Program-made: the position numbers and the translations under genes | Part shown: positions 12,802 to 27,300 of the stretch, one piece after another | Layout of the letters: every line of letters starts with the position of its first letter | How positions within the stretch are numbered: position 1 is the first letter of the stretch | Assembly (NCBI GenBank): GCA_964188305.1 | Contig: OZ076890.1 | Direction: 5' to 3' (one strand) | DNA length: 64,000 nt | Origin: Podarcis bocagei | Taxonomy: Eukaryota | The notes under the pieces: generated by a model | The model's database searches: none | The model's input: the letters and a program-made list of their open reading frames with translations, nothing else | What the model was told of the DNA's origin: nothing

Positions 12802-15800
12802 GCATAGTTAGCATCCTTGTATAAAATGCCCTAAAACTCGTTGCCTCATTACAACCATCACCACTACAGTGTTCTCAGGGAACATCACTATCTGCCTCCC
12901 AGTTGTAGGGTAACCAACACAGGTAATAGGGATTTAAATCTTTTTCTTCCACATATAAACTCAATTCTCATTCCTCTGCCTCCATTGAAATATCAAACAA
13001 ATTATGGTGGTTTTATCATGGTTTTATTACTTTTCTGTATTAACACTATCACACAATCCAAAAGGCATATTGTTAAATATGCAAGAAAGATAATGAGGGG
13101 TGTTAAATAAAACCAAATCAAAAGAAACATACTGTATAAGAATATGTATCTCAGCAACAGAGAATTTTTCTTTTGTGAAAGCACCACTATACGCTATCCT
13201 AATAAATATTAAACTGATTATTGCATCAGTATAAGCAATACAAGACAGTGAATTTGTCTGCGGCTTCAACGTTTTGGAAAATGGACCCCTAGGGCCGCTA
13301 GACAGAATGGTGGTGCGTGGAACAAGATAAACCCGAGCACATCCTGTGCCAGTTCTGCCTATTTATCTCAGTCTTCAGCTGCTCCCTGTGATAGTTACAC
13401 TACTATTGAAAAGCAGAATTTATATCCTCTGGGAATGATGTAGTTGTGAGACTGAACTTTTGCGAGGAAATAATTTAAAATATGCTTAAAATATATGATT
13501 ATTTTGCAATATGATGAAAGTTAAATTCAATATTCCTTCTCAGCGAGACACAAACCAATGATCAGGAAGGGATTCCTACATCTTGAACGACTCACAATTC
13601 ACCCCATCTCCAATTGCCACTTTAAATCTTGAGGACTCAGGAAGGAACAGAGGAAGCTGCTTTATGCAGAGTCAGGTCACTGGTCCATCTTGCTCAGTAT
13701 TGTTTACACCAACCAAAAGCTGCTCTCCAGAGTTTTGGACATTGAACATTCCCCAGCCCTCCCTGAAGATGGCAGGAATTGAACATGGGGGTCTTCTGCA
13801 CGCGAAGCAGACGGTCTATCCCTGAAGTCATCTTGAAGTGGAACTTCCTTTAGAAAACTAAACCTCTGGTGGAAATGGCCTGTCAAATGGATGGATCTAC
13901 AGTACCAGCCATTTCATTAATAATGAAAGCAATAGATTCCTTTTCAGGCTTTCCTTTTCAAATCAAGGTACATTAGGGGGAAGTTGGCCCCTTTCCACAA
14001 TGAGCATGCTTATGCTGGATTCTTTAATGGTGTATTCCACCTACTTGACTGAGCCTCTTTTGCAACTAATGCACCTCCATGTCCTCACCCCACTTTAAGG
14101 TTACACACATTCACCCCAAACACATCAATAAAGCTGAAATTAGGTACCACAGGATGAATAAGACTTCTGTATTCACTTATACAAAAGCAAAGCACTTCTT
14201 GAACTGAATGGGAATAAGGGATTCATGATCTCCTTTGAATTATTATTACTGGAGGGACTTTTTCAGCAATGCCATCATATGTGTCTTATGTCACCCTGGT
14301 TTTGCATCCTATATGAAGATAGATACAGGGATGTGGTTTGCTTTTGTTAAGATGTCTCAAATCATCAAGCCAGAAAGACATGGATGTCACTCCCTGCCCC
14401 CACAAGACTGCATGTGGGAACACATATTTCTTATAGATGACTGGGCGGCAGAGGATAGAGTCAGAACCAATGATACAAAGACATATTCATCACAGTATCA
14501 ACTGTTAAGCCTATAGTAGGCTTCCTTGTTGAACTTCTGGATGAGCATATTATGTACATGCTGGTAGCAAGGCGGCAACAGGTATTTTCTTGCCAAAGGC
14601 TGGTGTTATTCTAGTCCTCTGCTTATGGGAAAGCAAGTTAATGGAACAAGATAAGAAAAGTATTTATGACCCCAGCTGAAGTTACCAGAGACATACTATT
14701 CCTCTGAGAGAAGAGAGCAGAATTGCCATGTTTGGTCTAGGAAATGTAAAAATCATTCAAGAAGTTATTTGGCGCAAGCCCTATTAAAATGTTGGGTTAT
14801 CCTGCTCTCATTCCCTTTAAGGGAGCTTACACATGAGAACTTCCTGGTAGAACAGACCTTATGGTTTTGAGTAGGAACGATTTACCAAATGTAGTTTTCC
14901 ATTAAGTCTGGAATATCCTGCCAAGTAGTACAGAGAATTTCACTACATGTCCACACATGATCATAAATATGTGGTCAGAGTAAAGTGGTCAAGGTTTCCT
15001 CATCACACAGCAGGACCCTGCAAACTACCTTACTGAATGGTCGTAGACACCATTATAAGTTATATTTTGATGATAAAAGTTGCCTGTGTTCATCCTTTTC
15101 ACTGCATGAGTTGTCAGGCATTACATTATGTTTCAATGTTTGCTCCATTACATGTAACTAAGGAACAACTAAAGTGCCATTAGAAATCTTGCAGACACAG
15201 ACACAAACTAGAGTTAGTTCTTAAATTAAAAAAAACCCCATCTTAATCTCAATATGGTAATTCTGGTGCACATGCAGTGATGTCAATATACGCACAGAGC
15301 TATGTAAGAACAAATACAGCTCATCTCTTTAGCACTCTTCACATCTGTTCACAGAATATGCTAAAAATGAACCTGATGGGGGCAGGTCCTCCTTCTTTGA
15401 GTTCCATCAGTCTCTCATGGAACCTGAATCATGGCCAGCACTTTAACTTGAGGCAGAAATTAATATGTTCAGGGCTTCCAGCATCACACTTCATTATGTA
15501 ATTTATATACCACCCTTCATCCAGCTTGTGACTTAATAAATGTAAGTTATCATCTTCACAAAGAACTTAATTTGAAACACACTGCACAATGCCCCCTCTA
15601 ACTGTATCTACAGCTTTTCGCCTTCTGTCCATACCCCTTCTGTGCAAAGGGACAGACACTTGTCTTTTGTTTTTTAACAGCAAGAGAAGCTGGCTATTGA
15701 TTCATTTTATGTGTTATTTCTATGTGACCTGGCTATATAGCCTCAACAAATCCAGTTTCTATTTTTTTTATGTGCCAATAAAAGCTTTATGTGGAAAACT

Positions 15801-18800
15801 CCTAAATTAAATTTCCTGTCTAGATTCGGGCAGTTAAAAATGTACTGCAGTTGACAGGAAGACAATGCATTCTGAAATTCAAGAACTAGTTTGTATCAAT
15901 GCACTTCTTTCCGAGAAATCTGTAATAAATAAAGAAATCCGTCCCATCCTCTGGCAAAAAATTGAGCAGGGTAGGTGCAAATATATAGTATATGGTCATA
16001 TATTTTCTCTCTCAATGCAAATCAGATTTTAAGAAAACAGCTATTTTTCAAAACGTGAAGCTTGGACATTAAATATTCATTTGGGTATCTAGCTTCATAT
16101 TTGAAGTAGTTTAGAGCAGCGTTTTCCAACCGGGGGCCCCCAAGATATTCTAAGGGGGTGACAGGTGAAAATTGCATTAATGGGAGGGCAACAGCTTGAG
16201 GCTAGGGGGCCACAGAGGGAAGTAAGAAGTGAAGGGGGGGAATCAATTTTGTTTTTTTAAAAACCCCTGATCAGCTGGCTATCCACTTGGCCAATCACAA
16301 GTGGGTAAGGGAGTGGCTCGCCAGGGCCAAGTGCTCCTTTTTGCCACGTGTGTATTCTTGGAGCAGTCCTGGTTTGTTTCTGGTGTGAGAGGGCGATCAC
16401 TGATGTTCCTGTTTTGACTAGTAGAGCCCACAATCCAGAACCCCCAGGTCAGGTAAGTGCGGTGATGGGGTGGCAATGAGTAGGGCTCCAACATTTCTCC
16501 AATGAAAACAGGGACATCCTAAGTAAAAGAGGGAGAATCCACGATCAAATGAAAAACCAGGACGGCCTCACTAAATCAGGGACATCCCTGGAAAATAGGG
16601 ACACTTGGAGGGTCTGGACTCACTAAACAATTCATCCAGCATGCTGAGTTTCTCTTAACTAGCTGTGTGTGGAAAAGGGGGCGGGGAACAGCACTTAAAA
16701 CAAACTAGAAGAATCTCTACTTTTATTTTCCCACAAACTAGCAGTTGATGAATCAAGGGCAGAATTTTCTGTGCACATTCAAACAAACATTGGTAATTAC
16801 ACATCTAAAATAGATCAAGTCAAAGGTAACACAATTGGCAACCTGCAGTCATGCCAGTTTAGACAATAGAAGACAATCCCACGTGGAACTGTAATTACTT
16901 CATTAAAACATGTGACACCAGCCTCAAGAGCTGCATTTCTCTCTTGGGTAATTTTCTCTTCGGAAGTATTTGCTGCTGGGAATCCCACATACGTCCTCTA
17001 GTCCTTTCATGGAGGACACACATCACTTGAAGAAAACAAGACTTCAAACTAAGTGTATATTTGACTTATTCTGCTGTTGGTGCTTGCAGAAAACCATAAT
17101 GGTATCTGCCAAATGTTATCATTCTGACTGACAGCATTTTTCATTCTGTGTTGACAAAATACTAGCGCACAAGTCAATGTTGTTAGAAGCCATGTAACTT
17201 ACTACAGATCTTGAATTACAGAACAGATGGGACAGTGCTCCTCCATCTTTGTTGTATGCAGAGGGAGCACCCTGGATCTGGGCCCAAACTACTATATCCA
17301 TTGTTACGGGTTCTAGGTTATGTATCAAGCAGAAAATGCTCCTCCGTCCATGCTCTAATTAAGGGAGTGTTTTGAGTCAGTATTACCCCAAGCCAGAACT
17401 GATCTTCTGATGGGATTTTAGTTTTGCATAGACTGAAGAAAGGAAAAGTCACAGTCAGCACAAAAAGACTTTTTAACAATCTACACTGGTTTTTTCCAAT
17501 AGTCTGAAAAAGTTTTCTTCATAAACCTGGTCATAGTAAGAAAGAAAAAAAGTGTTCTGGGCAACTTTGATAAGAACTCCCTGTCCCTGAGTGCCTTCCG
17601 GGTGTTAAAGCCCGATTAGAAGTCCTGTTGATCTTTCGCTAGAAGCTTTGCCAGACACCTCCATAGAACTGCGAAGTCCCCAAATTAAGAAGACATTACT
17701 AGTTTATTGGGGGGGTTGGGCTGTTTTATAGACTGCAACCACCTTCTTCTTAAAACAAATCTTCACAAATGTGACATTATTAGATGATATTTAAACAATA
17801 CTTAAAGTGCAGCAGTTATAGACAAATGTAACATTTCTATAGGTTATCAGGCCCTAATGCAGATCACAGCTGATTCCATTCAAAGAAACATGGCAAGTAA
17901 TGAGCAAAATATTTATATTTTATTTCTGAAATAGCACAGCTAAGCCTTATGACTTACAACTTTACATTTCTGGGGTCTGTTTGTTTGTCACAGCAATAAA
18001 CACATTCGGTTAGGTTATATAACTAGTAGTAGCACTCAGTCATTCACAGTTGGGCCCCGATACTATTTCTTTTTTTCCTCCTTGGTTCACGAGACCCATT
18101 TCTGGTTGGGAGACAGCTGTTTTATTTATCATACTCATCTGTGAGCCTTTGTTTCCCCTCACATTTAAGTACAAGTTGCCCCCAATTTTATCATTTCAGC
18201 AGATATGAACACTAGCCATTTTATATATAAAAAGATACAATAAAATGAAATCTTCCTCCAAAATTATGAATCAGATTCATTCGAGTTTTTCTGATGACAG
18301 TGTTTAAAATTTAATAAAGAATGGTCCTCCACCAGTAAAAGCACATGAAATGAACTTAGGAACATAGAAAGTTGCCTTATACAGAGTCAGACCACTGTGG
18401 TTCATTTTGCACTGCATCCTGCCACACTGCTATAGAGCAATAAATCCATCCACACAGCTAGGAACTATGTAAACCCTGTGATGTTTAGTTTTTCTTGATT
18501 CCTTTATTGAGAAAGGAACTTGAAACAAACACAGGAGTCTCATTTGATCCAAGAAAAGTCTCATGTTTGACATGTTTGGCTTGAATTTGGAGACATGAGC
18601 ACCTATTGCATGTGCTGAACATAAAGGCTTTGCAGTGAATCAGCACACTGAAGACAACCAAGAGAACCAATATATGTTTGCCCTTGACTTCATTAGATTT
18701 ATTCAGGAGTAAGCAGTTTGGGCATAGAAACACACACTACAGTCTCTCTGAAGGCCAAGGAGTGTTATGCTATCTAAGATGCATATTTATTCCTTTAAAA

Positions 18801-19074
18801 CAACATCACACATTTCACATTGTTGGAACTACAGATCAGTAAGGCATTTTGCTGTTCAAAGCAAGCAAGATGGCATCCCCCTTCCCCTGCCAACTGGACT
18901 GACAGATGAATCACTCACGAAGAGATAGCACCCTCCAACACACATGAAGGCAAACAGTTGGCTTGGCCAGCTTCAATACCTCCAACATCTCACCATTACT
19001 TGCTGCCCTGAGCTTCTGGTGCCTAAGACAGCTGTCTCTGCCTAATGTGTACTAATGTGCCATGCTCTGTCAGC

Positions 19075-19630
19075 TTCCAGTTTAGATCACTGCAATGTGC
19101 TCAACACATGGAGTTGCCCTTGTTGACTCAGAAACTTCAACTGGTCAAAAATGCAGTGGCCAGATTATTAGCTGGGGTTGCCTTTAGCACTCATATAACC
19201 CCGCATATAGCACTCATATAAAACAGCTATAGTGGCTGCCAGTTTGTTTCTGGGCCCAATTAAAAGATGCTCACACTAGTGTTTAAAGCCCTAAAGTGAC
19301 TTGGGCCCCAAATTTCTGAGAGGCTGCCTCCTTTCCTACAGAACCTATTGGGTGTTAAGAGCAGCAGAGCAGGGAATCTCTGAGTAGTTCTGCTGTCCTC
19401 AGAAGTTCATGGAAGTGGCTTGGGAGGGAGCATTCTCCAAGGCAGCCCCTAAATTGCCCACCTGGCTCTGACCACCTACTCAATAGTGACTGCTGATGAC
19501 GCACCTTTTTACCCTGACCTTTGCCACTTGAGACGTTTCTGTTCAGTAGCCACCCTGTTCCTAAAATTGTAATTTAGTTTTAACTGTTTTTAATACTGAA
19601 TTGTAAATTGTTGTAACCCACCATGGAACT
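19075..19630 (+). mobile_element. decayed L2 LINE 3' end
   Basis: Degenerate SRLDYCN.../KLQLVQNAAARL-like coding remnant (TCCAGTTTAGATCACTGCAAT...AAACTTCAACTGGTCAAAAATGCAG) followed by an L2-type 3' tail. Confidence 0.65.
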
Positions 19631-20388
19631 TCCTAGTGAAGTATAAATAAATGTGATGGTGGTGGTGGTGGTGGTGGTGGTGATAGGGCAGGCTCTGCTA
19701 AGACACCTCCTTCCTTGGAGGTTTTTAACCAAAGGTTAGATGGCCATCTGTCATGGATGCTTTAGCTGAAATTCCTGCATTGCAAGGGGTTGGACTAGAT
19801 GACCCTTGGATCCCTTCCAACTCTACAATTCTATGAACAAGGACTTATTTGGAAGTGGTGAGCATCTAAATTCAATCCATCCTTTATCAAAGGAGCCATC
19901 TGATTGAGCAATTTCCTTTGCCTTCTTGTTTCTCCTCCTTCAAGCACACTTTCACAACTAACCAAAGGAATCCAATGCATAATGACTTCTCTCTTGGCAA
20001 GATTCACCACCAAAAGTGGACAATGAGCTTAGCTCCTCTAGAAACTGAACCCAAGACACTGGGGGCAGCAAGACACTGGGGGCAGTGGTTGTCAGACTGA
20101 CAACCAAGAAGAGGGGCACAACTTGCCCATTAGTCCTTTTTAAAAAAACATTTATATTTAGTATACATTAAGTCCATGTAGACAAACAAGAAAGCAAGCA
20201 TGACTACAGCAGAAGATTATCGCAATGCCTCAGCAAGACAAAAATAGAAATCTTTAACTTCAGGACATATCACTGACTGCCTTTGCTATCATCTAATTTC
20301 CATTGTTCCCCTTCAGGGCCATGTCAAGATGAGAACACTTGCTTCCCTTCCAACAAGAACAGAACAGGAAATTTTCTCACAGACTTAC

Positions 20389-20632
20389 CCTTCTTCCTCC
20401 ACCATGGTCCTTCTTGGATCGAGTAAGAGAGTTCTTTAAACTCAATGTTCACAGCCGGTCTCCGCGGAAGGTAGGAGAAGCGATGGGCTTCTGTCAATGC
20501 ATTGTCCACCTTTTTTAAATGGCCATTGAGTAGGTGGACTTCTTGGGTGTCGGTTCCATTGGAGACCACTTCATCTACTGAAACGCATACAGACTTTGGT
20601 TCAGGCATAGCAGATGCAGAATTGCTGGCATT
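20389..20632 (-). CDS. ABCG1: ABCG1 coding exon 2
   Basis: 244-nt exon bounded by ttccag| and |gtaagt. Encodes [26 protein letters not shown]...[49 protein letters not shown], closely matching the human ABCG1 N-terminus as recalled. Confidence 0.97.
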
Positions 20633-22569
20633 CTGGAATACAAGAAGGGAGAAAATAGTTTCCACGCAGGAAAATGCATCTGCTAGTCATTTGTTCCAAC
20701 TGTAATGTCAAAGAAGAAGAAGAAGAAACAAGCCTAGGTTCAGCTCTGTTCATGTTACATCTTCACCAGCCTTCACAACCTTCTGCCCTCCAGATGTTTT
20801 GAACTACAACTCCCATCAGCACATGCTAGCTGGGGCTGATGGGAGTTGTAGTCCAAAACATCTAGAAGGCACCAGGCTAGAAGAGGCTGATCTACACAAT
20901 TGCATGATAAAACAGCATATAGGGAGAAATGTTCACACTCCAATATTTGACTAGGACAACCCAACAATGACTACATTAACCACTCCCCCCGCCCCCAAGA
21001 AGCTATGCTATAAGAAGTGGCTCACACAACATGTTCTTCCTCTTCCCAAGCAGCCCAGGGGATTCCTGTGCTACATTTGTGTGGACAAACATCAACAAGT
21101 AAAGCACACAGTGCCAGCTGGTGGGGCAAAGGTAGTAGATCTGGTAAGGAAATCCACCTAGTGCTACTCCTGCAATTGGCTTTAAAAGGCATGGACTTTG
21201 CAGAATGATGCAAAAAAATGGGTGCCATAGTGTTTGAATACTCTGCATGGTGTAGCTGCAAGAGATGGTGAGTGATGAGTGATGACCACTGGAACTGGTA
21301 GTGCAGAAGACAAGGAGCCAGAGAGGATGACACAGAGACAGCTGATTATCGCTCTCTCCCATCCTCCTCTCTACTATGTTCTACAATGGCAACACTGAGA
21401 CTAAGGAGGAAGAAGCAAACAGCTTGTACTATCCCCTGGACTGATGTATGTAAGAAAGCAGGCAGATGGTGGCTGGCTGAGGTTAGCTGGATAGGGCTCC
21501 ATTTACCCTCAAGGTCCAAGCACTGATTTCAAGAGACTTGCTTTAAAAGTATTGAGAATTCACACACTCAAGACACTTTTGATATTTTCTCTTGTTTCCT
21601 TGTCCATCAGGCATTGTGGTACAAAAAGAGATGCATGGGGCCCAAGACAGAGGCGGATTTAGGGGAGCGCAAGCAGTTCAGTCACACAGGGTGTTGAGCT
21701 TTGGGGGGTAATGATGTAGAATGGAAGGCACAGGGCACCACCAAAATTTGAGACCCCGAGGTCTCCCAGTAGGCAAGATAAACACCAGACCTGAGATTTT
21801 AAAATGTCAGATGATGACGTTGACTCAGGGATTCTTCCTGTGAGGATTATTTCCTGCGATCAAACATCTTCCCACCACTGCCAACTTTTTTGGAATTTGG
21901 TAAGATGAGAAATGGCATCACATGATTTGAAATAATAGTTGATCTTATCCCGGTAAGATTCAAGACTGTCCTAGTTTATAATTTGGTGGAGAGCAGAAAT
22001 GCATAGAGGAAAACAAATACCTCAATCTCAGATATGCTTCTCTTTCTGAATGAGCCAAGTCACTTAATATTTTATAACAATTAATATTTACAACAAATTA
22101 CAAATAATGTACGTCTAGTACAGATGCCTTGCAGCAGACTTAGGTTCTGAAATCCAGTTTATGTAACCTATTTCCTCTGCTGTAAAGCTGCATCATTTTC
22201 CTGTGGGGTTCTACATTCCCATTTCACTTTTGAAGATTTTTAATTACATCATGTTACACAACCAGAAGCTGAGAAATAAATTTGTTGCGTTCCCTTGCAA
22301 AAAGAGAAGGACACTGACGGCGGCCGGGGGGGGGGGGGAGAGAGAACTTGCATCCTTCACCCATGAAACTTACTTTTGAGAAAACCCACTATTTGGCTCC
22401 AAGTTTAAATCCATTATATAATGAGCTGGAAAGGTTATCTGTGCCTCAGTAAATCTGTTTCCAAATCATAGGATGCAGTCGCGAAAAGTCTGAGCATGCT
22501 CAGAAAACCCATCTCATTTCCCCCCTCCCCTCCTCCAGCTCCATCTTTTATTATAAGCTCGAGGCAGAG

Positions 22570-22585
22570 AGGTAACTTTCGGTCA
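22570..22585 (+). promoter_or_regulatory. DR4 LXR response element in ABCG1 intron 1
   Basis: AGGTAA-cttt-CGGTCA, ~1.05 kb inside intron 1. Confidence 0.7.
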
Positions 22586-23444
22586 AACCCAGATGACTTC
22601 AAATCCAGAATGATGTACATGACAAAAACAAAATAAACCCCGCAGTTCTAACCAGCCTGTACCTGCAAGATGACAACATTGAAGCCACAGCAACTAACAG
22701 CCCCCAAAGGGAAGAGAAATTGTCACTGAAGCTTGCGGGGAAAGATGCATACAAGTAAGTTGCCACGCTATACAAAAAAACAACCTCCGCAGGTCAACTG
22801 TCTATAAATATAGAAATAAACCCCACCAGAGGCATCCATTCGAAACGGAAAGAAATAAAACAACAGAGAGATTTCTTACCAAAGCAAAGGAAATGCTGAA
22901 GCTGCCAATCAAGATTGGTTAATTCCTGAGAAACCAAACTCCAGGTCCCCTTTTCCTTCCCATTCGGTGGATCAACACGCAACTAATTAAAGCGAGGGTT
23001 GATCCACCCCAGCAAAGCTCCGATTAAAAGAGGCAACCACTGACCCAGCTTTAGCGCCGGCTCTGGGTCACTTTTGCAGAAGTGTCCCTCCTCCTCCTCG
23101 TCGTCGTCCCCCCGCCCCCTCCGCTCTAGCTGTAATGAATTAACTCGTCGCTTTTGACCCGCTGGGTATTATCTCCTTCGCTCTTTGAGCGTTTCTAGCC
23201 GGCCAACAGCTGGGCTACGTTTGATCTAGATAATGGGTTGCTCTTGGCCCCCGTTTCGTTTGTTTTCAACACAACACACAACAACACATAGAGCAAGCCA
23301 CCAGCCCCCAAGGCGAGAGCGACGTCAAAGACAGACATACTGTAACAGTTCAAGTATGGGGGATTTGGGTGCGGGGGGTGCTGTCCCTTCAAAGTCGCAT
23401 ACTAAGCTCAGGTTCTCCGATTCCACCTCCTTGCCTACACACAC

Positions 23445-23446
<2 letters not shown>

Positions 23447-23478
<32 letters not shown>
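23447..23478. repeat. (CA)n microsatellite
   Basis: Direct reading. Confidence 0.9.
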
Positions 23479-23480
<2 letters not shown>

Positions 23481-23635
23481 CTCTCCCCGTCTTGTCCATG
23501 GGTCATTCAGAGCAGATGGTATATGCAAGCAAGTCAAGGGTCCTGTCATGGCCAGGGATGGGGCGCAGGGTCAAGATCGCTCTGCGCAGCTGTGCTTGTC
23601 CCAATCCTACGGAAGCAAAGGGGCGCCCAACTTAC

Positions 23636-23677
23636 CAAAGCGGTGCCCACTGAGAAAGCGGCCATCAGGCATGCCAT
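23636..23677 (-). CDS. ABCG1: ABCG1 coding exon 1
   Basis: ATG at 23677; encodes MACLMAAFSVGTAL (human MACLMAAFSVGTAM); GTAAG donor at 23635-23631; phase 0 joins exon 2. Confidence 0.97.
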
Positions 23678-24100
23678 GTGCCCCCGGAGGCTGCAACCAG
23701 CGCAGGAGAAAAGATCAGCAGCAGGAGGAGAAGCACACACAAAACAAACCGCAAAAAAGAAGAAGAGAGGAGGAGATCCAGAGCAACTGCAGCAGCCTGA
23801 GAGCGAGGCGTCGCGGCTGGGGCAAAATCGACTGGAAGCAGCACCTAAAAGAAAAGGGGGGAGCACGAGAGAGAGAGAGAGAGAGGAGGCGGGGCCTCTC
23901 TGGGTACCGGCTGCTTGTTTACTTAGCCTGCCCTCTCTCGGCGTCCCACTGGCTCTCCCACTGGCTCTCCCTCGTTCCCGATTGGCTGAGGGGCCGCCGG
24001 GGGCGTGACTTGCCTCTTGCCCGTAAACGTGCTCTTGTTTTCCTCCTGCCCTGAGCGGCGTTGCGTGGCGTTGGCGGGGTCCTGACGCGCCCCCCTACTT
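23678..24100 (-). promoter_or_regulatory. ABCG1: ABCG1 5' UTR and CpG-island promoter
   Basis: CpG-rich; CCAAT box (ATTGG 23981-23985), GC boxes (~23888, ~24000), forkhead motif TGTTTAC (23916-23922), (GA)n tract; no TATA seen. Confidence 0.75.
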
Positions 24101-24154
24101 CCTTGACTGCCATTTCCAGACCAGAGATACACGGGCACTTGGGGTGAACAGAAG

Positions 24155-24350
24155 GATAATAGAATTAGAGAGTGGCAAGGGCCATCTAGTCCAACCCCTT
24201 GCAATGCATGAATCTCAGCGAAAGTATCCAAGACAGATGGCCATCCAACCTCTGCTTAGAAACCTCCAAGGAAGGAGAGTCCAGAACCTCCCAAGGGAGT
24301 CCACTGCACTGTTGGAACAGCTCCTACTGTCAGAAAGTTATTCCTGATGT
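24155..24350 (-). mobile_element. CR1 LINE 3' fragment
   Basis: ATAATAGAATT...CATCTAGTCCAACCCC...GATGGCCATCCAACCTCTGCTT...ACCTCC is the reverse complement of a reptile CR1 tail; a similar piece lies at ~19700-19835. Confidence 0.65.
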
Positions 24351-27300
24351 CAAGTCTAATGGAGCAAGGAAGCTCTCTCTGCTGCTGGGGCTTAGATTCC
24401 AGAAGAAAGGGTGCTGGGGCTCAAAGAGATTTCTGCTCTCTATCCCCTCAGCGTTACCGTCTCCAGCTGCGGTTACCCAGTACTAAAGGGCACTTTGCAG
24501 ATGCTCAGAAGCACACTTTCCTATCATGCCAAGCTTCGTTAAATATAAAGAAGCAGCCCTACATCTTCTGAATGCATTCACAGGAAGAAGCTTGTCCCTA
24601 CTCCCCATTTCACACCTTGTGACTGGGATGGACTGGTGCTTGGTGTGATTGTTCTGTAGTTCAAGCTTCTGGAAAATATATTGATACTGTTGGATGCCAC
24701 CCTAATCTCTGAGCAGTGCAAGATTCCAGGGGTTCTAGGCACTTAAACCCAGGGTTTGTGCTTCCAATGGAATGAGGCCAGTGGAGATTGTGGTGTGTTT
24801 GTGAGATATGGTTTATTTACAACCTAAGCCTATGCTGGAGGGGTTCACAGCAGCAAGAGGGTCTTGCTTCTCTCATAGCCACATCCTTTGATTCCAGCAG
24901 AAATCATGCATGGCTCTGTCTCTCAGCTGCCCAGCTTGCTGCTTTGCTTCCAGCTTCTGGCTCTCTCACACAGACTCTCAACTCTGGCCTTTGTCTTTCT
25001 GACTACCAATGAGTTGAGGGAGGGGGGGCCACCAGTTGACCTCTGGAGCCAATCCACTTCCTTTGTTACCTTAATGGCCCATGGGCCATTACCAAGAAGC
25101 TAACCTGGTTATTCCCTGGATTGAATCTGTGCTGGATCAAGGAATTAGAAGGGAGTTCAGTCATACAGCCTGCCCACCACTACACACACAAACTCATAGC
25201 ACTACTATCCAAATGTGACAAAGCTTTCCATTGCGCTGTAGAAAAATATCCTGAATCAATTCTCTTACACATTTTGGATAGCAATTGCTCAGCCCACTAA
25301 AGTATGAAAATTATTATTTTTTTATTTATTTTGCTTCTGCTTTTAGCAGTTAAAAATAACACAGGCTTTCAAATCAAAACATCATGCCTTGTACAGTGTG
25401 TGTGGACAAACAAAGTTTGAGAGATAAGGCACAAACTCACCTGTCAGACAGTTGAAACGAAGAATGAAGAAAGTTCAGACACATTTATTAATACCTGATT
25501 TGCCTTTCTCCCATTTCTTGAATCTACTGAATAAAGAATTATGGTACCATCACTATATATTGATTGAAGGAAATTACTGTTAAACTTAACTTCCTTTATC
25601 TGGGGTTGGTGGTGGTGGTTGGTTACTTTAACTCAGTTTGCTTTTTTAAAAAAACAAACCATTAAAACCATGTTTAGAAGCAATGCAAGCCTCAGCAAGA
25701 AAGGAAGTTCCCCCCTCTCTTTTATCTGCCTGAATAATCTAAATTTCCCTATTGCATTCCAAAGGAAGACTGGTGTTTAAAAGACAATAGGAGTGCAACT
25801 GCCCTTCACAACCCATCTCCTGCAGAATCGCAGGAAGTTCTCACTTCCCTATTTTCCCAGCACCCCTTCCAAACATGTGATCTCGAAAGTCCCTTTAAGT
25901 TTCAAAAGGATTTCCTTGACAACAGAATTTGGGGTTCCTATTAGATGATTCACTTTTCCACAGAACCTCTGACAGATCGATAAGTGATTCATCTCTGTGT
26001 AAACCCCTGTGAAGTGTCAAGGATGCTAACTGCTACCAAATTGCACTTAGGGATATTGCATAGCAATAAAATTACGTAATCCACAGCCTAAAAATAGCAA
26101 AGACTCTCCTGCGTTCCAACTCTTGCATTAACTTTGCAAATGGGATATGGGACAATTAGTAGACATTACCATAATGAAAAATTAAAGCTGGCATGCTGCC
26201 CTTAAAATATTGGTCTGGCAGTGAATAGGTGCAAAAGTTGGATACAGCCCTGGTGTATGCTCTCCCTGTGATGCTAGCAAGTGACATGTTCTCATTGCTA
26301 CAGTATTACAATTACCATTTAGTCTTTTACCATTGCATGTTCCTGTGTGCTTGCATATATTCATTTGCTACCTGTTTGTTCTGCCCCATCACCACTGCAA
26401 TAAGGGCCTCAGAATGGTGTACAATGCATAATATGCAGCCTCCTGGCTTGAGCTAGAGAGGGAACTACAAGAAGCAACTTCAAATCATTTTCTGCCACAG
26501 GGGTGGGGACCAAATGAAGCCTTCCATGCTTCTCACACCTTTGGATCTCTCTGCAGCACCCACCCTCTAACTGGCGCTGCTTTGCACTCTGAATGCTTTT
26601 GCCTAGCAGAAATGAATGTGTCCTTCAACTCTCAGAATGCCTCCTGCTTGTCTGGACAGAAGCTGTGAGAGAGTGTCTGTAGGAAGTAGCCTACAAAGGT
26701 AATGTTTGCATTCATTGTTCCACCCAGTTTTAGCTCTGACCCATACCCATGTGACACGTGGGAGATTGTCCACATAGGAATTCAGCTTGTGGGCTAAAAA
26801 TGGTTCTTCACCCTTGTTGTGCCATATCCACCTGAAATGTAAACATATGGAACATTATCTAGCCCAGTATGTCTGTTCCGGCTGTCAGATGTTCTCCAAA
26901 AGGATTTCCCCGCTCTGTCTGTATATTGGCAAATATAACATGCAGAAACATCCATGCAAACGTGTGTTTATTAGGAGTAACTGGCCACAGCAATTTCAAG
27001 AGGATCTGTAAAAAGAAATTTGCAAATTGCTGAATAAATTTGGAGAGCTTAATTTCAGTTTTGGAAAATGAGAAACAGAGAGGACAAAAATTGATAGGTT
27101 CTCCCATTTCCTACACAGCACACACAGCAACTAATTAGAGGCTAGTTCAGGAATGCCCTCGACATGCAAATGAATAGGAAATAACTAATTACAAAGGAAG
27201 CAGGGATGGAGCTGATGGGCAAGCCCAGTGGGACTGTATGCAGGTGGGTGGGGCAAGAGGCAAAAAGTGGATGAAGCGATGGATATGACAGTTACCTTTG

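Noticed and set aside
1-20388. ABCG1 exon 3 (YKTLLKGISG...GPSGAGKST)
   Set aside because: Not found on the minus strand by eye; intron 2 evidently extends past position 1.
23041-23070. TGACCCAG...CTGGGTCA inverted repeat in intron 1
   Set aside because: 8-bp arms with a spacing that fits no established receptor element; may be chance.
23233-24054. 273-aa plus-strand ORF antisense to ABCG1 exon 1
   Set aside because: Runs through a CpG island and (CA)n/(GA)n tracts; low complexity, no domain.
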